A stretch of DNA of 64,000 bases from a virus: the IMG/VR virus record IMGVR_UViG_3300035670_010555, positions 105,855 through 169,854 of that record; one strand, given 5' to 3'. The position numbers and the translations under genes are program-made. The notes under the pieces were generated by a model. That model was not told where the DNA came from and searched no databases. It was given only the letters and a program-made list of their open reading frames with translations. Of this stretch, positions 30,152-37,603 are shown piece after piece. The number at the start of each line of letters is the position of its first letter. Positions within the stretch are counted from its first letter, which is position 1.

Positions 30152-30464
30152 TGTTGAGAATGAGAAGTCCTCTGTGTTGTAGTGCACGATTATGTTTTCC
30201 ATAATTCAAGTAATGTCACTCATCTTTATGTCTCCTTTCTCAAGGGTACAACACATTTGTAGTCAGGACAGGATTCGAACCTGTACGAAGAGTATGTGTG
30301 TCTCTTCTCCTATGGGTTTACCTCAAGGGTTTCCACCTGCCATCGCACGTTGTAGCGTCTACCATTCCGCCACCTGACTATGTTGAGGATGAGAAGTCCT
30401 CTGTGTTGTAGAGTTTGTTTACTCTCTTATATGATAGCATTTCTTTCTCAAGGAAACAACACGT
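30152..30464 (-). ncRNA. Two copies of a putative kissing-loop RNA (30152-30256, 30381-30464)
   Basis: GTGTTGT..CCTTGAGAAAG[variable]CTACAACACAGAGGACTTCTCATYCTCAACA shared by both copies. Confidence 0.6.
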
Positions 30465-30765
30465 TGTAATGGAGTGGGTCTATTCCCCACAGTCAACAGA
30501 ACTTAAAACTTACCTACGAGAGAGAGGTATTCTGTATGATCGTTCCCATTGCCTAAACAGTGTCTAGTATGCCTTCGGTTGTCTCTCGTGTCAGTAGTCA
30601 GGACAGGATTCGAACCTGTATGCACTATTAAGGTAATGCTTTTGTATGTTTTTCAGTGTCCACTACAAGTTTCCTTAATTTTGTAGTAACTACTTTCATC
30701 CTCACATAACGTCTACCATTCCGCCACCTGACTAAATTACTTGTTTTCGATTATCAAGTTGATAG

Positions 30766-31089
30766 TTACAATTCGTAACGAGCCAATGCTGCGTCTGTGA
30801 TTTCCTTTGCTTTTTTACAAATCAACACATCTTCTGAATAAATATGATAAATTGAATCAGCTCCCAATTCGCTGAGTAATTGTGTTAACGCAACTGCGTA
30901 TAATTCAATATCGTCAGCCGTGTGAGACGAAGCAACTTCGCTTCTTGACATATTTCCGAAAACTTTAGAATGAGATCGTAAGTAATCGTGATGATATGTA
31001 TATGGAACTCGGCTTTTGCTATGTGGCAATTTATCAATTACTTCTAGAAACCGTTGAGGCAATGTACTATCTTCTTCTTTTCTGAACAT
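30766..31089 (-). CDS. Hypothetical protein
   Basis: 107-aa ORF between a repeat fragment and a full element. Confidence 0.55.
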   Translation of the reverse strand: MFRKEEDSTLPQRFLEVIDKLPHSKSRVPYTYHHDYLRSHSKVFGNMSRSEVASSHTADDIELYAVALTQLLSELGADSIYHIYSEDVLICKKAKEITDAALARYEL

Positions 31090-31133
31090 ATTTTCCCCTA
31101 TTTAGATATTACTATTTCACCACCTGACTATTT

Positions 31134-31343
31134 TTATTTTTCCAAAACGTACTTCATCATCTCTTGCATCTTGATAATCAAAAGTTCCATTTCATCCTTA
31201 TTAAGATACAACCTACCGTTTAATGTTTTATCATCCAACTCTTTGACTTCAACGATGATACCACCGAAACACTCAGTTGGATAAATTTCAACATTCTGTT
31301 CTTCGGTCGCAATAACTGTTTTGTTCCAAACTTTGTTTTTCAT
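31134..31343 (-). CDS. Hypothetical protein
   Basis: 69-aa ORF. Confidence 0.55.
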   Translation of the reverse strand: MKNKVWNKTVIATEEQNVEIYPTECFGGIIVEVKELDDKTLNGRLYLNKDEMELLIIKMQEMMKYVLEK

Positions 31344-31346
31344 AAC

Positions 31347-31616
31347 TTATTTATTTTTGAATTGTTCAAACCATTGTTCTAATGTTATCTTCTTTCCTGC
31401 TAACAAATCTTCTGTATGCTTATAAAGTATATTTAATACTTCTTCCTCGCTATACATTTTTTCTTGTTGTAATCTAGCAATGTGAATAAACATTGATTTT
31501 ATCCAAGTTTTTTCGTGAGGCTGTATTGTTTTTGCTTCTAATAACTCTAAGCTATAATTTTCAGCTGCTTCCTCAAGCTTGAATGCTTGTTCGTAAGGAA
31601 TAAATTCGGTTTTCAT
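31347..31616 (-). CDS. Hypothetical phage protein
   Basis: EFIPYEQA / LEEAAE / QEKMYSEEEV / WFEQFK. Confidence 0.6.
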   Translation of the reverse strand: MKTEFIPYEQAFKLEEAAENYSLELLEAKTIQPHEKTWIKSMFIHIARLQQEKMYSEEEVLNILYKHTEDLLAGKKITLEQWFEQFKNK

Positions 31617-31720
31617 TTCTCTTTACAGTTTAAGTTTCTCTCTTATTACTCCACTAATGTCCGAAAAAGATTTTACATCCACAAGGGATTTGTAAAATAT
31701 TTTATTTTTTTTTTTGGTAG

Positions 31721-31794
31721 TGACCCCGCCGAGATTCGAACTCGGGACTCCTTCATTAAAAGTGAAGTGCTCTAGCCAACTGAGCTACGAAGTC
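31721..31794 (-). tRNA. tRNA-Lys(TTT)
   Basis: Cloverleaf, loop CT-TTT-AA. Confidence 0.92.
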
Positions 31795-32780
31795 ATTTGT
31801 AGTCAGGACAGGATTCGAACCTGTATGTAGATTTTGTATGTACTTTTGGCTTTGAAATCATCTACTAATTTCTGTACCCTAGAATACATCGGCTGCACAG
31901 CACCATATACATACTCTCACAGCGTCTACCAATTTCGCCACCTGACTATTTTTGAAAAGATATGTGGTGTCGCTCCACTGCCTCTACAACCTAAGAATTT
32001 CGCTCAGAATAATTCCGTACTAATTCAAATTGCTAACAACACTTTTTTGAGTGTATATCCTTGTAGTCAGGACAGGATTCGAACCTGTATTGATTTACTT
32101 ATTGATTGGGTGTCAACTTAATGTCTTCCAATCAATCATCAATCTACCATTAGCTTTCGCCACCTGACTATATTAGGTTAGAGGCTGTTAACCATAAGGT
32201 CGTACGAAACATCACTTGTACTTCGTGTCAGGGAATCTCCCATACCTCTAAAGTAGTCAGGACAGGATTCGAACCTGTAATATGAAGTTATTCCCGATTA
32301 CCCTCGTTATTACCTTCATCCCTATTGAGTGGAGGGATTATATTTGACACCAATTTCGCCAACTGACTAATGTTTTTAGTTACTTTATCAACACTTCTCC
32401 AAGAACCACCTCGGCCAGTTTATATCAATTTCACTTAGGTTACGTCATGATTCTGCTGGTTAAGCGTCCTCAATCTAAACCTGTTTGTAGCCAGGACAGG
32501 TACTGCCCCTGTTGCTTGGTCTTTTGTTCACAGAGTGTCACTTATGATACTCTGTCAAACGTCACCCACGAGTTACTTTTACTCTACCTGACTATACTGT
32601 AATACCGTTTCTCTGGTTTTTACTTATGGTTTGTTCCCCATAACCTGTTGACGTGCACATCAGAGCAAGGACCTGTACAGTGTCTATCGAGCCGTTCCTC
32701 ACCTTCCAATTATGGTTGCGACCCATTCGGAAGTCGATAGTCCTTTCAGTGAAGCATTATCACCTTCTGTAGATATTACA

Positions 32781-32857
32781 TGGTACTCCGTACGGGGCTC
32801 GAACCCGTAAGCTCTCCCGTGAAAGGGGAGTGTCCTAACCAATTAGACGAACGGAGC
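32781..32857 (-). tRNA. tRNA-Glu(TTC)
   Basis: Cloverleaf, CCA encoded. Confidence 0.92.
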
Positions 32858-32862
32858 ATGTG

Positions 32863-32934
32863 AGCAGGTATCCGGATTCGAACCGAAATCTCCGGTTTGG
32901 AAGACCAGATCACTAACCGTTGTGCTATACCTGC
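32863..32934 (-). tRNA. tRNA-Gly(TCC), second copy
   Basis: Cloverleaf, loop CT-TCC-AA. Confidence 0.85.
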
Positions 32935-32950
32935 GGTTTAATCAACTATT

Positions 32951-33025
32951 TGGAGGGGAGGGAGAATTACGATATCTCGACCTATTCATTAACAGTGAAT
33001 TGCTCTACCTCTGAGCTACCTCCCC
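32951..33025 (-). tRNA. tRNA-Asn(GTT), atypical T loop
   Basis: Canonical D and anticodon arms, loop CT-GTT-AA; T loop ATCGTAA; CCA encoded. Confidence 0.75.
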
Positions 33026-33035
33026 TTCTGTCTTA

Positions 33036-33043
33036 CAAAGATA
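33036..33043 (-). promoter_or_regulatory. Bacteroidota -7 promoter element TATCTTTG upstream of tRNA-Asn
   Basis: TAnnTTTG with TTTG about 18 nt upstream. Confidence 0.6.
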
Positions 33044-33075
33044 CTACAATATTTCAAAGAACAAAAACATGTCAT

Positions 33076-33111
33076 AAAAAAACCCCAAACTTTTTTTAAG
33101 AGTTCGGGGTC
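33076..33111 (-). terminator. Attenuator terminator (3:4 hairpin)
   Basis: GACCCCGAACT-loop-AGTTTGGGGTT followed by T-tract. Confidence 0.85.
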
Positions 33112-33148
33112 TAAAAATTTAATTTAACTTAAATTAAAAAATTACTTT

Positions 33149-33238
33149 CTATGACATCCGAACTACAGGGCAAATACCTTCATACCAACATTTCTCTTGT
33201 TGACTATTACTGTTAATATGTTGACCTGTAGTTCTCAT
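33149..33238 (-). CDS. 29-aa leader peptide of putative tRNA-operon attenuator
   Basis: MRTTGQHINSNSQQEKCWYEGICPVVRMS*; overlaps hairpin segments 1 and 2. Confidence 0.75.
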   Translation of the reverse strand: MRTTGQHINSNSQQEKCWYEGICPVVRMS

Positions 33239-33296
33239 TGTATTAATAATTACTTCTAATGTATGAAATATTTTTATTTTGTCAAATGTTTTTTTG

Positions 33297-33370
33297 TATC
33301 CCCGACACGATTCGAACGTGTGACCCCAAACTTAGAAGGTTTGCGCTCTATCCAGCTGAGCTACGGAGAC
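33297..33370 (-). tRNA. tRNA-Arg(TCT)
   Basis: Cloverleaf, loop CT-TCT-AA. Confidence 0.92.
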
Positions 33371-33378
33371 AAATTAAA

Positions 33379-33543
33379 TTACTTCAATAAATCAATCTTT
33401 TTAGCAACTTCTTCGGCTTCTGCCATAATCCTGTCTGCATCTGTTCTGCTGAAATGAGAAACTTTATATGCGTTCTCCATCAACGTCTTATAAGTTTCCT
33501 GTAGTTTTTCTTTTTCTGTTTTCTTCTTAAATAATCCGAACAT
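33379..33543 (-). CDS. Lacal_2735-like small protein
   Basis: MFGLFKKKTEKEKLQETYKTLMENAYKVSH.SRTDAD...AEAE, flavobacterial family pattern. Confidence 0.7.
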   Translation of the reverse strand: MFGLFKKKTEKEKLQETYKTLMENAYKVSHFSRTDADRIMAEAEEVAKKIDLLK

Positions 33544-33581
33544 AATATGTGAATAACACTATCGTCTTTGAAAGTTTTTAT

Positions 33582-33833
33582 TTAATCTTTATGCCTTGCG
33601 GCGTTCAATCTACTTTCAAGTTTATCAAGTCGTGAATCAATTGTTCGATAAACATCATCAACAATTCTATCACGATCTCTCATTTGATTTTCAATTTCTC
33701 TTGCGAGAAACTGTTCTATTTGTTTAATTTCTTCCTTCTGTTTATTCACTCTAACAAAAGCAATAACCGCAACCACTGCCACAGCAATGACCACAACTAT
33801 AGACATTCCTAAAATAAATGATACTAAATCCAT
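33582..33833 (-). CDS. Membrane-anchored coiled-coil protein
   Basis: N-terminal TM, IDSRLDKLE. Confidence 0.6.
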   Translation of the reverse strand: MDLVSFILGMSIVVVIAVAVVAVIAFVRVNKQKEEIKQIEQFLAREIENQMRDRDRIVDDVYRTIDSRLDKLESRLNAARHKD

Positions 33834-33871
33834 ATAATCCTCTCCTTTATTTCAAAGAACGATAGTGTTTG

Positions 33872-33953
33872 TATCAGGAGAGGGAATCGAACCCTCACGG
33901 CCTAAGCCACAAGATTTTAAGTCTTGCGTGTCTACCTGTTTCACCACCCCGAC
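33872..33953 (-). tRNA. tRNA-Leu(TAA)
   Basis: Cloverleaf with variable arm. Confidence 0.9.
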
Positions 33954-33979
33954 ATTGTTTAACAAATATAATAAAAGTT

Positions 33980-34630
33980 TTAGATAATTTGTACTCGATG
34001 ATTCATTATTTCACAATATTTTTCATCGATTTCATAACTAATAGAATTGAATCCCAACTCTTGAGCAACCTTACTTGTTGTTCCACTTCCACCGAACACA
34101 TCAATAATTGTTTGATTTGGTTGTGCGGTTGTTAAAATAATTCTTCGAATTACTTCCTCAGGAATTTGACAAGGGTGTTCGGTTTTTTCCTTGCTAACAT
34201 TTTTGACTTGGTTGATTTCCCACCAATCATAAAGTTTGGCGCCAGTCTTTCCTTCGGCAATTCTTTTTTGAATACGTTTGTCTTTGAGATTTTTATATTC
34301 CTGTCTGACTTTCCTGAAGTCAGGCTTACAACCCCACCATGATATCAATCGACTTTGTTTTCCTGTGTTGGAGTTATACACCCAACAAACAACCTGTTCA
34401 CATTTGGCGTTGATTGCCTTTGGTAACAAGTTGATTGTTTCTTCGGGGTAATGAATAATGACACAAGGTGTTGGGATTTTGGATAATAATTCGATATAAT
34501 CCTGTTCGCTTAGTTTGTCTTTATATTCGTTGTAAGAATATTCTTGATTATAGGGTGGGTCGGTTATTGTTAATCCTGTTGGTATGTCGCAGTTTCTAAA
34601 ATCTTCGTTGATAATTGTTGTTTCCACCAT
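33980..34630 (-). CDS. DNA N4/N6 methyltransferase (beta class)
   Basis: TDPPYN, HPCQIP, DVFGGSGTT. Confidence 0.88.
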   Translation of the reverse strand: MVETTIINEDFRNCDIPTGLTITDPPYNQEYSYNEYKDKLSEQDYIELLSKIPTPCVIIHYPEETINLLPKAINAKCEQVVCWVYNSNTGKQSRLISWWGCKPDFRKVRQEYKNLKDKRIQKRIAEGKTGAKLYDWWEINQVKNVSKEKTEHPCQIPEEVIRRIILTTAQPNQTIIDVFGGSGTTSKVAQELGFNSISYEIDEKYCEIMNHRVQII

Positions 34631-34647
34631 AAATTTAATAAATCATT

Positions 34648-35346
34648 CTAAAATTCTTCTTCCCACAGTGTGTTGGATCTAGACTCTTCAATGTTGTATG
34701 CGTGTGATAATATAACATATTTTTTGTCAAAGTAAAATTGGAATTCTCCTTGAGATCCTTCATTTATTTCCCAACCTCCGAAGTTTTCTTCCAATTGTTG
34801 ATAACACCATTCTTCTATTTCGGATGGTACAGGTTGACCACTCTCAAAATTCGATTCGATGTATCCACTATCTCCCCCTCCATTATACTTCAAGACCAAA
34901 TAATCGTCTTCAGGAATTTCGGTCTCATCGAAAACTCCTTTTTCTTCCCACTCTTCAATCATATCATCGTATTCAACACCTTGTGAACCTCCCTCAGTTT
35001 GATAACTATACGTGTGAGTTAAAGAGATTTCTTTTTTAACACTATCAATCGTTATTTCGAATCCTTGATAATCGATGTAACCATCATTAGGTAACTCGCT
35101 ATATAATTCATCATCATCAACATAACTGATAATTTTTTTCAATATTGGTACAAGGCCGTCTGGAATTTCTGCGGTATAATTATTCTCAAAATGAGTTGGA
35201 AAATAATTTTCCCTGTATGAAATTTCTTCGTCGTCCGGTTCCATTTCAAATTGAATGTCTCCGTATGTCATTCCCAATGAAGCAAGATATCTCGAAACTT
35301 TACCTAAATATTTTTTTTCTTCTGGTGTTAATATATTTTGTGCCAT
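34648..35346 (-). CDS. DUF6878-like protein
   Basis: YNGGGDSG...GWEINEGSQG. Confidence 0.6.
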   Translation of the reverse strand: MAQNILTPEEKKYLGKVSRYLASLGMTYGDIQFEMEPDDEEISYRENYFPTHFENNYTAEIPDGLVPILKKIISYVDDDELYSELPNDGYIDYQGFEITIDSVKKEISLTHTYSYQTEGGSQGVEYDDMIEEWEEKGVFDETEIPEDDYLVLKYNGGGDSGYIESNFESGQPVPSEIEEWCYQQLEENFGGWEINEGSQGEFQFYFDKKYVILSHAYNIEESRSNTLWEEEF

Positions 35347-35357
35347 ACAAATAAATA

Positions 35358-35711
35358 TCAGTCTTCGAATTCTAATTTAATGGTCTTCAACATCCACTGA
35401 GGTCTTTGACTAGACGCAACATTATTAACCCATTCTTTAGCTGATGGAATGTAGTTATTACAATCTTCCTTGACATGTTGTTCACCGACATAACGGGTAT
35501 AAACTGTTTTCCCATCTGAGTTTTTGAATTCGGTACCAAATCTTTTTTCCATTTCAAATATTCCCTCACTATGGTGTCTAAACATTCTATGTAAGGAATC
35601 ACCAAACCATGACTTGGTTTCGTCTAACCATTCATGTAAATGAATGTAGTCCTCAGGTTTTCCACCAAACTTTTTGGCGGATGATTTTGCATGTAAGTTC
35701 GGATGTGCCAT
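35358..35711 (-). CDS. DUF6915-like protein
   Basis: MAHP..HA.SS..KFGG..EDY..LH.W.D, HR..RHHSEG, EQHV.ED. Confidence 0.7.
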   Translation of the reverse strand: MAHPNLHAKSSAKKFGGKPEDYIHLHEWLDETKSWFGDSLHRMFRHHSEGIFEMEKRFGTEFKNSDGKTVYTRYVGEQHVKEDCNNYIPSAKEWVNNVASSQRPQWMLKTIKLEFED

Positions 35712-35922
35712 TATGATTTAATTTGTGAAAAAAGATTGTAACGTCTGTACGGTTTGTTTCCCATCTACTCCTTTATACGAGTTTCAAAGGTTACCATTTC
35801 ATTCTTAGCGTCCGTTCCGTCATTCTTTCGAATCGTTACAATCTGTTTGTAAAAAAACACCCTATGTGTATAGTACCCTCACTTCCGGTTCCCAATCGAG
35901 TCCCTTCGTCATAGGGTGTTTG

Positions 35923-36007
35923 CAGAGGAGGAGGGATTCGAACCCCCGTTACCTTTCAGTAAAACGCTTTTCAAGAGCGCCGCGTTCAACCACTCTGCCA
36001 CTCCTCT
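35923..36007 (-). tRNA. tRNA-Ser(TGA)
   Basis: Cloverleaf with long variable arm. Confidence 0.92.
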
Positions 36008-36183
36008 AATTAAACCTAACATAATCAAATCGTCATTTGAATAGAGGTTAGGGGTGTGATTTTAGCTTATGCCTTGGGCTATTCACTTATCACGATACGA
36101 CCTCTGTGTTGTTCTTATGGTTAACATCGAGGTACAGACTTACCCTGGTACGCTGTTCTTATGGGTAGCGTGATAAGTACTGT

Positions 36184-36258
36184 TGGAGCTCCTATTCGGA
36201 ATCGAACCAAATTATCATGATTACAAGTCATGCGCATCGCCAGCAATGCTTTAGGAGC
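36184..36258 (-). tRNA. tRNA-Thr(TGT)
   Basis: Cloverleaf, CCA encoded. Confidence 0.85.
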
Positions 36259-36275
36259 TTATTATTAAATATCTG

Positions 36276-36349
36276 TGGGCCTGGTAGGAATCGAACCTAC
36301 TACCTTCACATTATGAGTGTGCCGCTCTAACCGAGTGAGCTACAGGCCC
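36276..36349 (-). tRNA. tRNA with CAT anticodon (Ile2 or elongator Met)
   Basis: Cloverleaf, loop CT-CAT-AA, GGGCCTG acceptor. Confidence 0.88.
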
Positions 36350-36473
36350 GAAGTATCGTAAATATTAACTATGTTTTTCTTCAAATCAACATGACAAAGG
36401 TAATAAAATTTTTCATTCACAACAACTTTCGTTTCTAAAAAAAATAAATTACTTTTGTTGAAATATTTGATAA

Positions 36474-36959
36474 ATGAGTACGGTATTAGTTTTGAATTCT
36501 GATTACACTCCTCTGAACGTAACAAGTGTTCAGAGAGGATTTGTATTGGTTACTAAAGGAAAGGCGGAAGTGTTAAGGTCGGATGAAAATCCGATTGTGA
36601 CAGGTTACAAGACGTTTATACGACCCGTTATCATACGACTATTAAAATATATTAGGCATAGAACAAGATTGAACAAACCCAACCGTAGTCGCATTTATAA
36701 AAGGGACGGATATGAGTGTGTTTATTGTGGGTCGAAAAAGAATCTAACCTTAGACCACGTTATACCCAAATCAAGAGGAGGTTCGAATGAATGGACAAAC
36801 TTGGTTACTTGTTGTTCAAAGTGTAATCGAGATAAGGACAACAAAACTCCTGATGAAGCAAAGATGCCAATGAAGAAGCCGGCATACGAACCACCAATAA
36901 TGTATGATGATGTGGCGTTATTAAATGTTTGGACAGATTTCCAAAAATATTTTGTATAA
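36474..36959 (+). CDS. HNH endonuclease
   Basis: RD...C.YCG....LTLDHVIPKSRGG...W.NLV..C..CN. Confidence 0.9.
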   Translation: MSTVLVLNSDYTPLNVTSVQRGFVLVTKGKAEVLRSDENPIVTGYKTFIRPVIIRLLKYIRHRTRLNKPNRSRIYKRDGYECVYCGSKKNLTLDHVIPKSRGGSNEWTNLVTCCSKCNRDKDNKTPDEAKMPMKKPAYEPPIMYDDVALLNVWTDFQKYFV

Positions 36960-36988
36960 AAAATGAAACTGATAGCCTTATTTTTCTT

Positions 36989-37603
36989 CTAAATTAAGTT
37001 TTTTCGTTCATTTGGAGTTGGTTCACATCCTATACTGTTGCCATTATCATCTTTAAGGTGTCTTTCATAAATTGGAAATTCGAAACTATCATCCAAATTA
37101 AAAATTTCTTTTATTTTGGAAACTCCATTTTGGTGATAAAGTTTTTCATAAGATATTGAAGGTAAGTTCATACGTTTTATGAAATCTTGAAAATGTTTTT
37201 TTTTCGATTTGTACCCTCTATGGTAATTTTTATAAATTTCTTCATCGCTTATTGTATTATCTACATCCGTCTTCTTGTATTCCCATTGCCACTCGTTGAA
37301 TAATCGATGATATAGAATCGATTTTATTTGAGCATACCAATTGTCTCTGTATATACATAAAACCTTGTCACTTCTATTAATTAAAGGTAAAAAATCGCTG
37401 TCAGGATTATAAATTTCCTTTATAATAATATTTTCATGATTATTAATCCAATCAATACAAGTGACGTCTGTACTGTCAGTAAAATTATTAGGTGCGAGAT
37501 TCCATGGTTCTGCCGCTAATTCGAAATAGGGTAGTTTTTTATTTAATGCCTCAACTAAATGTGACCCTCCTGTTCTAGCTTCCGCAATTATTGTATATAC
37601 CAT
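36989..37603 (-). CDS. Sulfotransferase-like P-loop protein
   Basis: ARTGGSHL PAPS-loop-like start, YRD...Q..S, ISYE.L. Confidence 0.55.
   Translation of the reverse strand: MVYTIIAEARTGGSHLVEALNKKLPYFELAAEPWNLAPNNFTDSTDVTCIDWINNHENIIIKEIYNPDSDFLPLINRSDKVLCIYRDNWYAQIKSILYHRLFNEWQWEYKKTDVDNTISDEEIYKNYHRGYKSKKKHFQDFIKRMNLPSISYEKLYHQNGVSKIKEIFNLDDSFEFPIYERHLKDDNGNSIGCEPTPNERKNLI

Larger units (their letters stand above)
29247..32594 (-). repeat. Dispersed array of 8 anticodon-less tRNA-like elements with variable inserts
   Basis: TAGTCAGGTGGCGRAAT(T)GGT...ACAGGTTCGAATCCTGTCCTGACTAC at 29247-29394, 30073-30151, 30260-30380, 30595-30734, 31800-31948, 32064-32170, 32254-32369 and 32488-32594 (last copy degenerate). 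Confidence 0.92.

Noticed and set aside
29247-32594. CRISPR array interpretation of the repeats
   Set aside because: The repeats are bipartite tRNA halves, spacing is irregular with ORFs between copies, and no cas genes are in the window.
29247-32594. Group I intron-containing tRNA-Leu genes
   Set aside because: Inserts are under 100 nt, unrelated to each other, lack a group I core, and leave no shared anticodon stem to rejoin.
27295-34135. Plus-strand ORFs over tRNAs (27295, 27625, 30192, 31587, 31834, 33263, 33869)
   Set aside because: Antisense translations of tRNA or tRNA-like genes (QDRIRT-type peptides).
35855-35922. Theta/HDV-like ribozyme at a tRNA 3' end
   Set aside because: Could not build the nested double pseudoknot by eye; needs a motif search.
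36474-36959. HNH as a mobile homing endonuclease or intron ORF
   Set aside because: Free-standing bacterial-type HNH; no interrupted gene or intron structure nearby; terminase and thyA show no intein or intron.
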